DNA of 64,000 nucleotides from Callorhinchus milii (lineage: Eukaryota): assembly GCF_018977255.1 (NCBI RefSeq), contig NW_024704742.1, positions 132,000,001 to 132,064,000 of the forward strand. Direction: 5' to 3'. Each line of letters opens with the position of its first letter. The stretch's first letter is position 1. The notes beneath the pieces are model-generated. The model searched no databases, was not told the origin of the DNA, and saw only the letters and a program-made list of their open reading frames with translations. Below, piece by piece: positions 63,690-64,000 of this stretch. The position numbers were made by a program, and so were the translations under genes.

Positions 63690-64000
63690 TTTCTCACCAG
63701 TTCTAGCCAGACTCCACTGGCTCCCCATCACAGAACAGATCGACTTCAAGATCCTCACACTCGTGTTCAAATCCATTCACTCCCTGGTACCTCCCTCCCT
63801 CTCTGACTTCCTCAATCCCCAATCCACCACCCGGCGCCTCCTCTCAACTGGCACCAATCTCCTGCTCGTCCCTCACACGCTCAGCTCCACCAATGGAGGA
63901 CACGCTTTCAGCTACCACGTCCCAAAACTCTATAACACTCTCCCTCAATCCCTCCACCATGCTCCCTCTTTCCCCCTCCCTCCCCCTTTACAAGTCCCAA
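63690..64000 (+). mobile_element. L2 3' region, runs off the window end
   Basis: CTCCACTGGCTCCCCATC...ATCGACTTCAAGATCCTC (LHWLPI..IDFKIL). Confidence 0.8.

Noticed and set aside
3464..63990. Minus-strand excess of L2 fragments as evidence of a + strand host gene
   Set aside because: The by-eye excess is modest (roughly 2:1 on about two dozen fragments) and is not obvious in the SINEs; insufficient.
1..64000. Short ORFs in the supplied track as host genes
   Set aside because: Most overlap SINE/LINE sequence (recurring [16 protein letters not shown], poly-I), and the rest lack recognisable domains. Only the L2/CR1 peptides are supportable.
1..64000. CRISPR array or prokaryotic operon/defence system
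   Set aside because: No regularly spaced repeat-spacer structure and no gene-dense organisation; the repeats are dispersed vertebrate retroposons.

Overview
Eukaryotic, repeat-dense, apparently non-coding vertebrate DNA (large intron or intergenic region). The repeat content suggests a cartilaginous fish; this is an inference from remembered repeat families, not a database search. I found no host protein-coding exon I can support. The only recognisable protein sequence is L2-clade LINE ORF2 (endonuclease + reverse transcriptase; longest copy 31128-33988, minus strand, frameshifted) and decayed CR1 RT fragments. Repeats present: (i) SINE-A, a tRNA-Ala-like SINE with a near-intact cloverleaf; (ii) SINE-B, a Deu-domain-like SINE (SacSINE1/AmnSINE1 type); both share a 3' half and an L2-like tail ending in (TTA)n; (iii) L2 LINEs with (TTG)n tails, including three young copies; (iv) CR1 3' ends; (v) family C, an unclassified ~340-360 bp poly(A)-tailed, 5'-truncated retroposon with 7 copies; (vi) a Penelope-type fold-back with two degenerate minimal hammerhead motifs; (vii) a probable hAT-Blackjack-like MITE. 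The most unusual observations are family C, several perfect inverted repeats (a 22-bp stem at 20246-20297, a pseudoknot-topology double IR at a CR1 5' junction, a 32-bp IR pair), insertion sites that match each element's own tail microsatellite, and mosaic young L2 copies. AT-rich, homeobox-motif-rich unique islands and one CTCF-like motif may be regulatory. Repeat boundaries were read by eye and are approximate unless stated as exact.
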